Shown here: piece by piece, positions 48,211 through 58,372 of the stretch
How positions within the stretch are numbered: the first letter of the stretch is position 1
Layout of the letters: each line of letters opens with the position of its first letter
From: a virus
Length of the DNA: 64,000 nucleotides
Virus record (IMG/VR): IMGVR_UViG_3300045988_126426
Reading direction: 5' to 3' (one strand)
The notes under the pieces: generated by a model
The model's input: only the letters and a program-made list of their open reading frames with translations
Database searches by the model: none
Told to the model about the DNA's origin: nothing
Position numbers and translations under genes: made by a program

Positions 48211-48609
48211 ATGTGCGATTTTAAGGTTGGAGACAAGATGTATTTTGCTTGGTATGATGAACCATATACTGTTAAGTCTGGAATCATTACGGAGATTAAA
48301 TGTCTTGGCGATCTAATATATATAATGATACAAGACAGTATAACGCATGGTTTATATATGGTTCTTTTAGATGAGATATATCGCACTGAATCAGAAATAA
48401 AAGCGGTTCTAAAACGAGAGTTTTATGGAAAGGTGAATGAAGTTAAGAAAGATATTCATAGCTTAGAAGATTTGCTGAAATTTATGTATAACAATGATCT
48501 TACAGATTGGTCGTCGCCACATATAAATGGTTGGCAGACAGATTGGGTAAGTCGTGTTACTGCAAGAGAATTGGCGAAAGAAATTTGCGGTATTGAGTTA
48601 GGAGAGTGA
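48211..48609 (+). CDS. hypothetical protein
   Basis: 132 aa. Confidence 0.4.
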   Translation: MCDFKVGDKMYFAWYDEPYTVKSGIITEIKCLGDLIYIMIQDSITHGLYMVLLDEIYRTESEIKAVLKREFYGKVNEVKKDIHSLEDLLKFMYNNDLTDWSSPHINGWQTDWVSRVTARELAKEICGIELGE

Positions 48610-48616
48610 TTGAAAT

Positions 48617-48970
48617 ATGAATGAAAGTAAAGATTATAAAAGTGAAAAATACTTGGTAGTAACTGTTGGCGATAACGATTTTTATGACGATATATATGGA
48701 GTTTGTAATTTGTTATATTATCATTTTCAAAGTAGAGAAGAGTATCCAGAATCGAAAGAGGACTTAGAACTACTGAAGCCAATTATTCAGCATCTAATAT
48801 ATCAGAGCACAGAATTACGCAGATATAATAATAAAGATTATCCGTCTAGCAAATTAGAATATTTTGTGCCCGACTTATGGTTTTCTGATAAATCTGGATT
48901 AAAATGGCTTGATGATACTGAGTTTGGTGTTATTCCAATGTTCAGTGGGTCAAAAGTTTTTATGAAATAA
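48617..48970 (+). CDS. hypothetical protein
   Basis: 117 aa. Confidence 0.4.
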   Translation: MNESKDYKSEKYLVVTVGDNDFYDDIYGVCNLLYYHFQSREEYPESKEDLELLKPIIQHLIYQSTELRRYNNKDYPSSKLEYFVPDLWFSDKSGLKWLDDTEFGVIPMFSGSKVFMK

Positions 48971-49022
48971 AAGGAGAAACATAATGAAGAAAGAAATCTG
49001 TGGGATTGAATTAGGGAAGTGA

Positions 49023-49433
49023 TTGAAAATGAACAAGCTTTATCAAGACAATGGAATGTATTGTCGGGCACAAAACCAATGTGATAATAAATGGTTTGTC
49101 GGAACATATATCGGCAATAAGTGGTTGTTATTCCCAAGAAAAGATAATGCTACTGTATACGGATGTCAAATTAAGCCAGAGTCTATCTGTAGATCAACAG
49201 GCAGAGAAAATGAGTTTGAATATGATGTAGTACAATTGATTGATAACGACGAAGATACTTACTTGATTATTTATAGTGATGAAGATTTGGCGTGGCAGAT
49301 GTTATCTGTTTATGGTTCTGATATGATTGACTTAGGGGAAATCAAGCCCAGTCAATATGTTAAACTTGGCAATATCAAAGAAGATGATTATTGGAGAAAG
49401 GAATGGGAAAGACAGAGTGAAAAAAGAAAATAA
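49023..49433 (+). CDS. hypothetical protein
   Basis: 136 aa. Confidence 0.4.
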   Translation: MKMNKLYQDNGMYCRAQNQCDNKWFVGTYIGNKWLLFPRKDNATVYGCQIKPESICRSTGRENEFEYDVVQLIDNDEDTYLIIYSDEDLAWQMLSVYGSDMIDLGEIKPSQYVKLGNIKEDDYWRKEWERQSEKRK

Positions 49434-49872
49434 TAAAGTATTTACATACGGGCAGTTAGAAGAATTAAGAGATAGTTTAGTAGTTCCAATGGGTGAGGTT
49501 GGATCAAATAGGCAAGATCATATACTTCGAAAATATTATAATATATGTAGTTTACTTGATACGTTTCAACTGACGAAACCACTAGTTGATGAACTAAAAT
49601 GTCAACCGATTGCAGCGAGATATTTTGTTTTTTCGCTATGGAACGAATTGGTGAATTCGTGTATTAATGCGTGCGATACATTGACTGTGAACGACATAGA
49701 GAATCGAGATTCTGAAAAGCTACTATCTACCAAAACCAATGCGGCACAGTACATCCATGTATTAAATGATATGATTTCCGTAAATGATTATACAACAATT
49801 CAAGATGAGGCGTTGCAGTTTGCAATTGATGCAATCAAGGAGAAATATAATGGAGAAAGAAAAGAAAAGTAA
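49357..49872 (+). CDS. hypothetical protein (start uncertain; overlaps previous gene in another frame)
   Basis: ORF 49357-49872; possible internal start at 49489. Confidence 0.3.
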   Translation: MLNLAISKKMIIGERNGKDRVKKENNKVFTYGQLEELRDSLVVPMGEVGSNRQDHILRKYYNICSLLDTFQLTKPLVDELKCQPIAARYFVFSLWNELVNSCINACDTLTVNDIENRDSEKLLSTKTNAAQYIHVLNDMISVNDYTTIQDEALQFAIDAIKEKYNGERKEK

Positions 49873-50083
49873 ATTACATACGCCTGAAGAGATTCTAAAT
49901 GCATTGCATGTAATTCAGGATACATGTGAGTATTATCTTCATGGCAATGATGAAGATTGCAAAAAATGCCCATTATGTACAATGACAGGGAGGGCGCCAA
50001 GTTGCACGATTAGAGATTCTGATCCTTATATTTGGGAGATTGATGATGATCCAGATACTACGTGGCGAGCATTTGGAAAGTAG
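49850..50083 (+). CDS. small Cys-rich protein, paralogue of 50095-50334
   Basis: RBS 'aaggagaaatata'; 'ALHVIQDTCEYYLHGNDEDCKKCPLC' vs 'ALKTIQDICILNKRVCGCKVECPF'. Confidence 0.4.
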   Translation: MEKEKKSKLHTPEEILNALHVIQDTCEYYLHGNDEDCKKCPLCTMTGRAPSCTIRDSDPYIWEIDDDPDTTWRAFGK

Positions 50084-50094
50084 GAGGTGTTTAT

Positions 50095-50334
50095 ATGGAT
50101 GAGAAAAATTATGGAGAGTATACAGATGAAGCGGTTGCAGTTGCATTAAAAACAATTCAAGATATTTGTATACTTAACAAAAGAGTTTGTGGGTGTAAAG
50201 TAGAATGTCCATTTTTAGAATTACAAGATGGAGGAGCAAAACAAATATGTCGAATTGTATCATGCGGTTGTCCTGGAAAATGGGCATTAAATCCACTTCC
50301 ACCTAAACAATGGGAACCTTTTTACAAAGGATAA
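50095..50334 (+). CDS. small Cys-rich protein, paralogue of 49850-50083
   Basis: RBS 'gtaggaggtg'. Confidence 0.4.
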   Translation: MDEKNYGEYTDEAVAVALKTIQDICILNKRVCGCKVECPFLELQDGGAKQICRIVSCGCPGKWALNPLPPKQWEPFYKG

Positions 50335-50365
50335 ATTACATAAACACAAGTAAATAAAGGAGAAA

Positions 50366-50911
50366 ATGTCGTTGAAATTAAATGACGAACAGAGAAAATT
50401 AGTGGAACAAAATCATAATTTGATTTACTCTGCTATGCGGAAATTTGGTATCCGCAACGAGAAATTTGATGACTATTACGACGTGGCAGCAATTGGACTA
50501 TGTAAGGCTGCCATATATTATGATGAAAGTAAAAATACTACACTATCTACATTGGTTTATTCGTGCATCCAAAACGAATTATATAAACAATTTAGATCCG
50601 AAAAATCTGCGTCTAATCAATTTAACAAACATGTTTTATCTTATAATATTTTGTGTAATACAGACACAAATTTCAAAAGTACAATGGAAGATGTTTTATT
50701 GGTTGATAAAAATTTTGAAAAAAATTTAATTACAATGTTGCTTTTTAAAGATCGAATGGATACACTAAAGAACAAAGATAAGCAAATGATTGATTTAAGA
50801 ATGTCTGGCTATACATATGATGAAATTGCAAAAAGGTTTGGAGTTACTAGACAAGCAGTACAACAAAAAATGAACAGACTTAAAGCAAAATTACTTCCAG
50901 ATATTAATTAA
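50366..50911 (+). CDS. sigma-70 family RNA polymerase sigma factor (second paralogue)
   Basis: Same N-terminus as 43643 ('LNDEQRKL(I/V)E(D/Q)N'); region 2 'YYDVAAIGLCKAAIYYDESKNTTLSTLVYSCIQNEL'; region 4 'YTYDEIAKRFGVTRQAVQQKMNRLKAKL'. Confidence 0.7.
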   Translation: MSLKLNDEQRKLVEQNHNLIYSAMRKFGIRNEKFDDYYDVAAIGLCKAAIYYDESKNTTLSTLVYSCIQNELYKQFRSEKSASNQFNKHVLSYNILCNTDTNFKSTMEDVLLVDKNFEKNLITMLLFKDRMDTLKNKDKQMIDLRMSGYTYDEIAKRFGVTRQAVQQKMNRLKAKLLPDIN

Positions 50912-51110
50912 GCTTTTTGCTTTTATTATTTTTTTGACGCATTTGTTATAAACGTACTAGAACGATTATAACAATATAAGACGATCAGATACAATTATTT
51001 TTTGTTCCTGTTAGCTTTGGCAGAGTTGACAGTGGATATAAATTGATGACTTATTTACAAACTAAAAACTAACTAAACAAATTTAATAACAAGAGGAGGA
51101 ATTCTATTTA

Positions 51111-52355
51111 ATGAATTTTGAAATGACAGGAAAACTCAGCATCAGCAAGGACACAGAAAAATTTCACCCTTACAGCGAGACAAAATATGAGAAGTCAGGC
51201 TGGGTACGAAGAAGACTGTTATTTAATGTGACGTGCGGTGACAATAGACATATGTTAACTGTTGACGCAGGAAGTTTCGAAGATGGACACGGTGATGTCT
51301 ATACATATTCCAAACCAGAATACGACTCAAGTGGTAAGAAAATCAAAGATGGAGAAAAAATTCAGATTCCTTTTAAAGACAGATTAACATCTCCAAAATT
51401 GGAAGAAGTATCAGATTTCAGAAAATTTGTTTTTGACCTAGAAAAACCAGGAAGAAGATACAAATTAAAAAATGCCTTAGAAAAAATCAAAGAAGGTAAA
51501 GATATTACGGATAAAGATCTTGCCGAAGTTGGATTAACGTCCATAGATGAGCTTGAAAAAGAGTACGAAAAGAGCAAAAAGAGACATCATGAGTTTATCT
51601 CTGAATGGGATTACGCAGAATTTATCAAAAAAGTCATTGATAGTGGCAAATATGATGATTGCAATTTCCATATCAGAGGACGTGGAGATTATTCATATTC
51701 TGATGACAAAGAAAGATTTTATGAGAATCTAATTCCTAACAGAATTTATCTCGCAGCAGATGATGATGAACCATATTTTACAGCAACAATGAGTTTTGTA
51801 TTTGGAGCTGAGAGCTTAGACGAAACAAGTGTTGAGGAAGACGGTAAATATTACGTTAATGGATTTGTCTTTGAATACATCCAGAGCAGAAAGAAAAAAT
51901 TAGCCGTTCCAACAACAGTTGTTATTCCAGTTCCTGATAAAGAAAAAGACGAAAGCGGATACAAGAAGGCTAATGGCTTAAAGAGAAAATTCATTGTCGA
52001 CGATGAAGACAAATACATGGAATACGGCATTGTCGTAGATATGATCAATGGTTCTCAGCGTGTAGAACTTACAGAGGACATGCTCTCAGAAGAACAGAGA
52101 GATGACCTTGAATATGGAATCATTACTATGGAGGAGATTCAAAAGGCGATTGGCGGAAGTGCTTATGGGGATAAAGTCAAAGAGTATCAGTTAATTAAGC
52201 CATCACGCAACGGTATTAAAGAGGGCGTTCAGGACACGGTTTATACAGCAGAAGATATGGAAGTACCTGCATTAGAGATTGACGAGAACGAAGATTTATT
52301 CTCAGAAGAATCAATCGATAATGATAATGATGACGATGATGACTTATTCGATTAG
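51111..52355 (+). CDS. phage ssDNA-binding-like protein with long acidic C-terminal tail ending in Phe-Asp
   Basis: N-terminus 'MNFEMTGKLSISKDTEKF' is SSB-like; C-terminus 'DNDNDDDDDLFD' is a gp2.5/SSB-like acidic tail; sits upstream of the Sak4-like gene. Confidence 0.4.
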   Translation: MNFEMTGKLSISKDTEKFHPYSETKYEKSGWVRRRLLFNVTCGDNRHMLTVDAGSFEDGHGDVYTYSKPEYDSSGKKIKDGEKIQIPFKDRLTSPKLEEVSDFRKFVFDLEKPGRRYKLKNALEKIKEGKDITDKDLAEVGLTSIDELEKEYEKSKKRHHEFISEWDYAEFIKKVIDSGKYDDCNFHIRGRGDYSYSDDKERFYENLIPNRIYLAADDDEPYFTATMSFVFGAESLDETSVEEDGKYYVNGFVFEYIQSRKKKLAVPTTVVIPVPDKEKDESGYKKANGLKRKFIVDDEDKYMEYGIVVDMINGSQRVELTEDMLSEEQRDDLEYGIITMEEIQKAIGGSAYGDKVKEYQLIKPSRNGIKEGVQDTVYTAEDMEVPALEIDENEDLFSEESIDNDNDDDDDLFD

Positions 52356-52433
52356 AGTTTAGAGCTTTTAGGTCTTTACTCGCTTGATGATTTATAAAAC
52401 AAAATACTGTCTTTAAAAGGAGAAATTATACAT

Positions 52434-53633
52434 ATGGAATTACCAGTAATTAACGAAATTAAACCAGATATTAAAAACCTGTCAATCTATCTTAGATCAA
52501 TTAAAAAGTTTGGAAAGACTACATTATTCAGAGATGTAATTATTGCAAAATATGGAGATCCGTCATGTGGACTTCTCGTACAGTGTGGATTTGAAAAAGG
52601 AACAAAGATGTTAGATAACATCAACACTCTACGTATTACATCTTATGAAGATGCGATCGAACTTAAAGAATACTTAATTAACAAAAGGGTATTTAAAAGA
52701 GATAAATCTGGCAAGATTGTTCGCAATGAAAAGAGAAAACCAGAATACATCCCAGTAAAACACAATATTCAGATGGTTTGCTTTGATACAGTTGATGAAA
52801 TTTGCCCACTGTTTGAAGAAGAAACAATCAGAATCAGCAATAAAGAAGGACAGAAAAAATGCAAAACTATCAATGCTGCAATGGGTGGTTATCAGGCAGG
52901 ACAGAGATACACAGCTGATATGATCAAAGCTTATATGGGTGATATTGAAGATGCTGGCATCGGTGTTTGGGGAATTGCTCATACAAAATTCAAAACTATC
53001 AGAGAAAAAGGTGGCTTAGAAGAAGACGGATACCAGCAGTTAACATCCAATCTTGTAAGTGCTTATGAATCTGCTTTTGGTGATATCTTTGATGTAACTT
53101 TCACTGGTGTCATTGACAGAAATGTTGAAGTTAGAGGCGAAGGAGATAAGGCTAAAAGATATGCTACAGATGAAATTAGAAAACTTTATTTCCGTGGAAC
53201 AACATTAATTGATGCTGGTGGTAGATTTGCTTCTGATGCAGTTCCTGAATATATGGTATTTGACAAAGGAAACATGGGAGAAGATTTCATTGAAGTGGTA
53301 GAAGATGGAATGGAGAAATCTAAAACAGTTCTTTCTAAAAAAACTAAAAAGCCAACTTCTCAGCCAGAGCCAGAAGATGAGATCGAGGAAGACATCGATG
53401 ATGTTATCGAAGATGATGTCGTAGAAGCTGACGAAGATTTAATGGAAGATGTCATTGATGAAGACGTATTAGATGACTACCCAGAAGATTTAAGAGAGTG
53501 TGTAAAAGAATTATGCAAAACTTGTAAAGACGCAGAATTAAAAACAAAAGTTAAAGGCATCATTAAGCAGTATGGAAAACTTAGCGAAGTTGATGATGAT
53601 GGATTAAAAGAAATGTATGATCTGCTGAAATAG
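52434..53633 (+). CDS. Sak4/AAA_24-like recombination ATPase with deviant Walker A (KKFGKTT) and acidic C-terminal region
   Basis: 'IKKFGKTTLF' and Walker-B-like 'QMVCFDTVDE'; position between SSB-like and helicase genes. Confidence 0.4.
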   Translation: MELPVINEIKPDIKNLSIYLRSIKKFGKTTLFRDVIIAKYGDPSCGLLVQCGFEKGTKMLDNINTLRITSYEDAIELKEYLINKRVFKRDKSGKIVRNEKRKPEYIPVKHNIQMVCFDTVDEICPLFEEETIRISNKEGQKKCKTINAAMGGYQAGQRYTADMIKAYMGDIEDAGIGVWGIAHTKFKTIREKGGLEEDGYQQLTSNLVSAYESAFGDIFDVTFTGVIDRNVEVRGEGDKAKRYATDEIRKLYFRGTTLIDAGGRFASDAVPEYMVFDKGNMGEDFIEVVEDGMEKSKTVLSKKTKKPTSQPEPEDEIEEDIDDVIEDDVVEADEDLMEDVIDEDVLDDYPEDLRECVKELCKTCKDAELKTKVKGIIKQYGKLSEVDDDGLKEMYDLLK

Positions 53634-53644
53634 GAGTCTGAACA

Positions 53645-54181
53645 ATGCTTGTAAAATGTAGAATTTGCGGCAAAAAAGTAGATAGAAACGAAGCTTTTAA
53701 AGTAGCAGTAGAAGGCAAACCAAATGCCTACTACTGCTCAGAAGCTGAGTATAACAAAATGATGGAAAACCGCAAAAATAGGAATGATACATATTATTGT
53801 ATTTATGATATTTTCGGATATACGGTGACGAATACTGTATTAAATAAGGAAGTAAATGCCCTCGGCAAAATCTACGGATTTAAATTGATATTAGAATACT
53901 TGCATGACAATCAAGAATATTTAACAAGAATTGTTGGGAGAGAATATAACAGCGAGTTTGCTAAGATTAAATACTTTTCAGCAATTTTAAAAAATAGTCT
54001 GGTTGATTATATGGATTCTGACGAAAAGATTCCGCAGAGAAAACAAGCTACAGTTAAGCATCATGATGTAAGCAAACAGATCAATGAAAATATTGGAGCC
54101 GAAAAAACTAAATACAAAAAGAAAAAGAAATCTCGTAGATGTATTGACGATATTTTGACGGAAGTTGGTGAGAAAGAATAG
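53645..54181 (+). CDS. zinc-finger protein
   Basis: 'CRICGKK...YYCSEAEY'. Confidence 0.4.
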   Translation: MLVKCRICGKKVDRNEAFKVAVEGKPNAYYCSEAEYNKMMENRKNRNDTYYCIYDIFGYTVTNTVLNKEVNALGKIYGFKLILEYLHDNQEYLTRIVGREYNSEFAKIKYFSAILKNSLVDYMDSDEKIPQRKQATVKHHDVSKQINENIGAEKTKYKKKKKSRRCIDDILTEVGEKE

Positions 54182-54237
54182 CAGATTTTGTTGCAGGAGT
54201 TAAAGACAAATATCCGTCAAAATTATTAAAAGGCCGC

Positions 54238-55728
54238 ATGGAGGCAGAGGGAAATGTAATCAGTTGTTTCTTTAAAGATATGTTGCTTTTGGATGACACG
54301 ATATTCGAACAGCACGATTTCATTACAAAAGATGGACTTTTTTACTTTTCTATGCTCAAAAAATTACGTGAACAGGGATTCTATTCTCTGGATGAAATCA
54401 CGATTTTATCCAATCTGTCTGAGAACGCTATAAAAAGATACACTGACATGGGAGGATGGGATTCTATTCAACATCAGATAGATATTATCAACACACAGAA
54501 TTTTGATGTGTATATCGACATTCTGTATAGAGAAAACACTATGCTGAAGATGTATGATGATGGATTTAACCTGTTCAAAGAGATAGACATTGACGGCAAG
54601 AAAATCGTACCAGTAACACTTTTCAGAAGAATGACTGCCGAGGAAGTTACGGATTGGTATGATGCAAGACTAAGTACATATGGTACGGGATATTCCAGTA
54701 AGATTCTGGAAGAAGAAGAAATTGATTTTGATGATGATTTTATTGATTCTTGCGTTGAGGGGGAAGAAAATGGAGTTCCTTTCGATGTAGCAGGGATTGA
54801 TATTAATGGCGAAGAAATGAATTGCTTTCCGTTTCTATCCAGACAGATCATGGGTATTCTTGAGGGAACACTCACTATGATGGGCGGATTCAGTAGTGCA
54901 GGTAAGTCAACATGGTTTATTACTTTGCTTATGGCGTTACTGAATTATGATAGGAAAGTGCTAATTATTTCAAATGAAGAAAAAGTAAAGAAATTTAAAG
55001 TCAAGTTTATGATCTGGCTTTTAGCGAAGCATAATCGTTATTTTAAGCTGACAAAGAAGAAAATGATGTCTGGGCAGATTGATGATGCAAGCCGAAGAGA
55101 ACTAAAAGACGTGCAACAGTTATGGCGAGAACAGTATAAGGGTAGAGTGAAATTCTTACTTATCAATGATGCTGATATGACTGTTGTCAAGAAGAAAATC
55201 AGAGAGCATGTACTTCGCTATGGATATGACACAGTGTTGTATGACACTTTTAAGATTCAAGAAGGAGATTTTAAAGGCAATCGTACTGACTTATCTTTGG
55301 TTCATGACAGTCGAGAGTTAGATAAACTTGCGAAAAAATATAACATTATCATGCTGGCATCTGTGCAGTTAGCAGAGTATATGAGAGGAAGGCTATTTCT
55401 TGATAGTTCTGTTCTTTCAAACTCTAAACAGATCAAAGAAGTATTAGAGAATCTTTTCTTGATGAGGACTGTATATGACGAAGAACTTGATGAAAAGAGT
55501 AAATTCTATTGTCGTCCATTTAGGCTAAAAAAAGTTAATGATAAATGGATTGAGGAGGAATATCATCCTGACCGCACTGCGGTATGGAGAGCTTTATTTG
55601 TTGAGAAATGTCGAAGCGGTTCAAACTCATCAGATACAGGAGTTGGTTATCTACTTAAATTCGATGGTGATCATTGTATCTTTAGAGAGGTTGCGCAGGC
55701 AAGATTTAAACATGGAGAGATCAAATAA
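54238..55728 (+). CDS. DnaB-family replicative DNA helicase
   Basis: Walker A 'MMGGFSSAGKSTWFITL'; 'VLIISNEEK'; 'IIMLASVQLAEYMRGR' (RecA-like DnaB C-domain); 496 aa. Confidence 0.65.
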   Translation: MEAEGNVISCFFKDMLLLDDTIFEQHDFITKDGLFYFSMLKKLREQGFYSLDEITILSNLSENAIKRYTDMGGWDSIQHQIDIINTQNFDVYIDILYRENTMLKMYDDGFNLFKEIDIDGKKIVPVTLFRRMTAEEVTDWYDARLSTYGTGYSSKILEEEEIDFDDDFIDSCVEGEENGVPFDVAGIDINGEEMNCFPFLSRQIMGILEGTLTMMGGFSSAGKSTWFITLLMALLNYDRKVLIISNEEKVKKFKVKFMIWLLAKHNRYFKLTKKKMMSGQIDDASRRELKDVQQLWREQYKGRVKFLLINDADMTVVKKKIREHVLRYGYDTVLYDTFKIQEGDFKGNRTDLSLVHDSRELDKLAKKYNIIMLASVQLAEYMRGRLFLDSSVLSNSKQIKEVLENLFLMRTVYDEELDEKSKFYCRPFRLKKVNDKWIEEEYHPDRTAVWRALFVEKCRSGSNSSDTGVGYLLKFDGDHCIFREVAQARFKHGEIK

Positions 55729-55749
55729 TTAAAATGTGCGGTGTGATAT

Positions 55750-56778
55750 ATGTTAGACAATATAAAAAAAGAACTATTGTCTAATCCTGAAAAAATAAGA
55801 GAAGTCTTGGAGCATTTTGATTATTGTCATGTAGTGATCAGAAACACATATATGTCATTTGGTCGAGATGAAACTTCTTCAAAGAAGTCTATAGTAATCA
55901 ATCTGAAAAATAACAAAGCGTTGTTTGTGCATGATTATGCTAGAGCAATCCAAAAAGATTTGTTCTCATATATTATGCAGCAACGTGGAGTTGATTTTGC
56001 AGAGGTTTTAGGAGTTGTTAAAAACATCTTAGGGATTACTGATTACTATGATTTCTTTGATAGACAAGGTATTTTTGGCGGATTTTATGAAAGGATTAGA
56101 AATCACAATGTAGTTCGAATCCAAACTTATGATGAATCTATATTAGATAAATACAATAATGTAGGGAATTTAAGATTCCTTAAAGATAATATATCACTTG
56201 AAGCACAAAGAATTTTTGGCATTCGGTTTGATACATCATCTCAAGGGATCGCAATTCCGATTAGAAATCAATTAGGACAATTAATTGGTGTAAAAGAAAG
56301 ATTTAACTATGACGTTGAAGATGGTGAAATGAAATATTTCTACGATGTTCCGTGTCAAATGTCTCAAACATTATATGGATATTCTCAGAATTATCAGTAT
56401 TTAGCCAACGGTGTTGTGTTAATATTTGAGGCAGAGAAATCTGTAATGCAGTGTTTTACATATGGAATTAGAAACTGTGTGGCACTTGGCAGTGGAACAA
56501 TCAGCAAGAAACAGGTGCAATTATTATTGGAATTAAATCCTAAAAAAGTAATATTTATGCATGACGTTGGCTATGATATTAAGAATATCATGAGAAATAT
56601 TGACATGGTAAAAGGATATTCAAGATTTGCTGAGATTGAGTTAGGATACTGGGACTTTAAATTAAGTGAGTATTCCAATAAGGCATCACCGTCCGATATG
56701 GGAAAAGAAAAGTTAAATTACATATTAGAAAACGAAATAAAAATGATAGGGGATGAAGACGTCGAAGAAGAAATATAA
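55750..56778 (+). CDS. TOPRIM-domain DNA primase-like protein
   Basis: TOPRIM-like 'VVLIFEAEKSVMQC...ALGSGTISKKQVQLL...VIFMHDVGYD'; located between helicase and RecJ. Confidence 0.45.
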   Translation: MLDNIKKELLSNPEKIREVLEHFDYCHVVIRNTYMSFGRDETSSKKSIVINLKNNKALFVHDYARAIQKDLFSYIMQQRGVDFAEVLGVVKNILGITDYYDFFDRQGIFGGFYERIRNHNVVRIQTYDESILDKYNNVGNLRFLKDNISLEAQRIFGIRFDTSSQGIAIPIRNQLGQLIGVKERFNYDVEDGEMKYFYDVPCQMSQTLYGYSQNYQYLANGVVLIFEAEKSVMQCFTYGIRNCVALGSGTISKKQVQLLLELNPKKVIFMHDVGYDIKNIMRNIDMVKGYSRFAEIELGYWDFKLSEYSNKASPSDMGKEKLNYILENEIKMIGDEDVEEEI

Positions 56779-58372
56779 CATTTTGAACGATTGCAGAGGA
56801 CTTTTTGAAGATGAGGTATTTGAAATTATCATGCAGGAGCGTGGTATTGACGATCCAGAGCATTTTCTAAATCCTACGGAAGATGATTTACTTCCTCTTG
56901 ATGACTTAAAAAATATTGATAAAGCATATAAGCTTCTGGTAGATGCAGTATACAAAGATAAACGTATTGCAGTACATTTTGACACAGATACTGACGGAGT
57001 TGCAGCGGGAACTATTATGACACGACATTTAAAAAATATGACAGAAAATCCAGTAGATGTATACATTAACCGAGGCAAACAGCATGGATTAGCAAATCAG
57101 GACATTGCTAAGTTTTATGGGTATGATTTACTGATTGTCGTTGATAGTTTGGATAAAGACGAGACTCAGTATAAGGATTTAAAAGAAACAGGAGTTGATG
57201 TGATTGTGTTAGACCACCATGCCATCGATCCAGATGTTCCTTATGACAACTATTGCACATTAGTTTCTTCTCAGAGAGAATATGAAAATCCACAGCTATC
57301 TGGCGCAGGTGTTGTTTGGAAGTTTTGCAAGTATATTGATGAGCAGAATGGTACAGATTATGCAGATGATTTGGTCGATCTAGCAGGTGTTGGGCTGATT
57401 GCAGATATGATGGATATGAGAGTAATGGAGAATCGTTACATTGTATCCGAAGCTTTGAAAGAAATTAGAAATCCTGCGATTAAGAAGATTATTGGTGGAT
57501 TTGAATTCAACAGCACAGCAGTTGCTTTTAGTATTGCACCGTTGGTTAATGCTGCAAACAGAATGGATCAGAATGAAATTGCTCTAAATGCTTTCCTTGA
57601 AGATGACAATAAAAAGTTACGAGGATATATTAAACAGTTAAAGCAATGCAAAGAAGACCAAAATGAAGAGGTCGCACAGCTGATGCCAATGATTGCGGAA
57701 CAGTGTGAAGCTCAGAGTGATAAAAAGATGATCACAACTTTTATCGACACTGATTATGGTATTTCTGGGTTAATTGGAAACAAATTGCTTGAAAAATACC
57801 AGAAGCCGATTCTTGTGCTAAAGAAAAATGAAGATACATATGCAGGATCTATGCGAGCAGTTGGTGTAAAAGACTTCCGACAGATGTGTAATAACAGTCA
57901 GTTGGCTGAAGCAAATGGACATGAACTTGCCAGTGGTATTGAAATTCCTAGAAAGAACTTTGCTGAGTTCACCTCTTATATAGAAGAAACTCTTCCAGAT
58001 AAGCCAGAAGATACAACAGTTGATGTTGATATTATGCTTGATATTTCAGACATCACAAGAAAAATGGTTGACATGATTAAGAAAATTGATCGTATTTCTG
58101 GACAAGGATTTAAACCTGTAAGAGTTTATATTGAAGAGATTGACGACTATGACATTGGTCAAATGAGCAATTATAAACATCTTGTCCTGAAACCATGTAA
58201 CAATGATAAATTGTGGATTATCAAATGGAACTATGATGGATCGTTTGAGGATATGGAAGACCATTCTATGATGAATGATGAGTTTTGTGCAGTTACTACA
58301 CTTGATTGCGGATTTTTTGGAAGAAAGTTTGTGCTGAAAGCTGTGTGTGATTCACTTGAAGAGGTGGGATGA
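56753..58372 (+). CDS. RecJ-like DHH-family ssDNA exonuclease
   Basis: 'IAVHFDTDTDGVAAG', 'LLIVVDSLD', 'VIVLDHHA' motifs; 539 aa. Confidence 0.65.
   Translation: MKTSKKKYNILNDCRGLFEDEVFEIIMQERGIDDPEHFLNPTEDDLLPLDDLKNIDKAYKLLVDAVYKDKRIAVHFDTDTDGVAAGTIMTRHLKNMTENPVDVYINRGKQHGLANQDIAKFYGYDLLIVVDSLDKDETQYKDLKETGVDVIVLDHHAIDPDVPYDNYCTLVSSQREYENPQLSGAGVVWKFCKYIDEQNGTDYADDLVDLAGVGLIADMMDMRVMENRYIVSEALKEIRNPAIKKIIGGFEFNSTAVAFSIAPLVNAANRMDQNEIALNAFLEDDNKKLRGYIKQLKQCKEDQNEEVAQLMPMIAEQCEAQSDKKMITTFIDTDYGISGLIGNKLLEKYQKPILVLKKNEDTYAGSMRAVGVKDFRQMCNNSQLAEANGHELASGIEIPRKNFAEFTSYIEETLPDKPEDTTVDVDIMLDISDITRKMVDMIKKIDRISGQGFKPVRVYIEEIDDYDIGQMSNYKHLVLKPCNNDKLWIIKWNYDGSFEDMEDHSMMNDEFCAVTTLDCGFFGRKFVLKAVCDSLEEVG

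Noticed and set aside
56725-57078. Minus-strand ORF 56725-57078 and other long antisense ORFs inside replisome genes (e.g. 29181-29567, 52674-52982, 54474-54875)
   Set aside because: They lie entirely within well-supported plus-strand genes, with no RBS and biased low-complexity translations.
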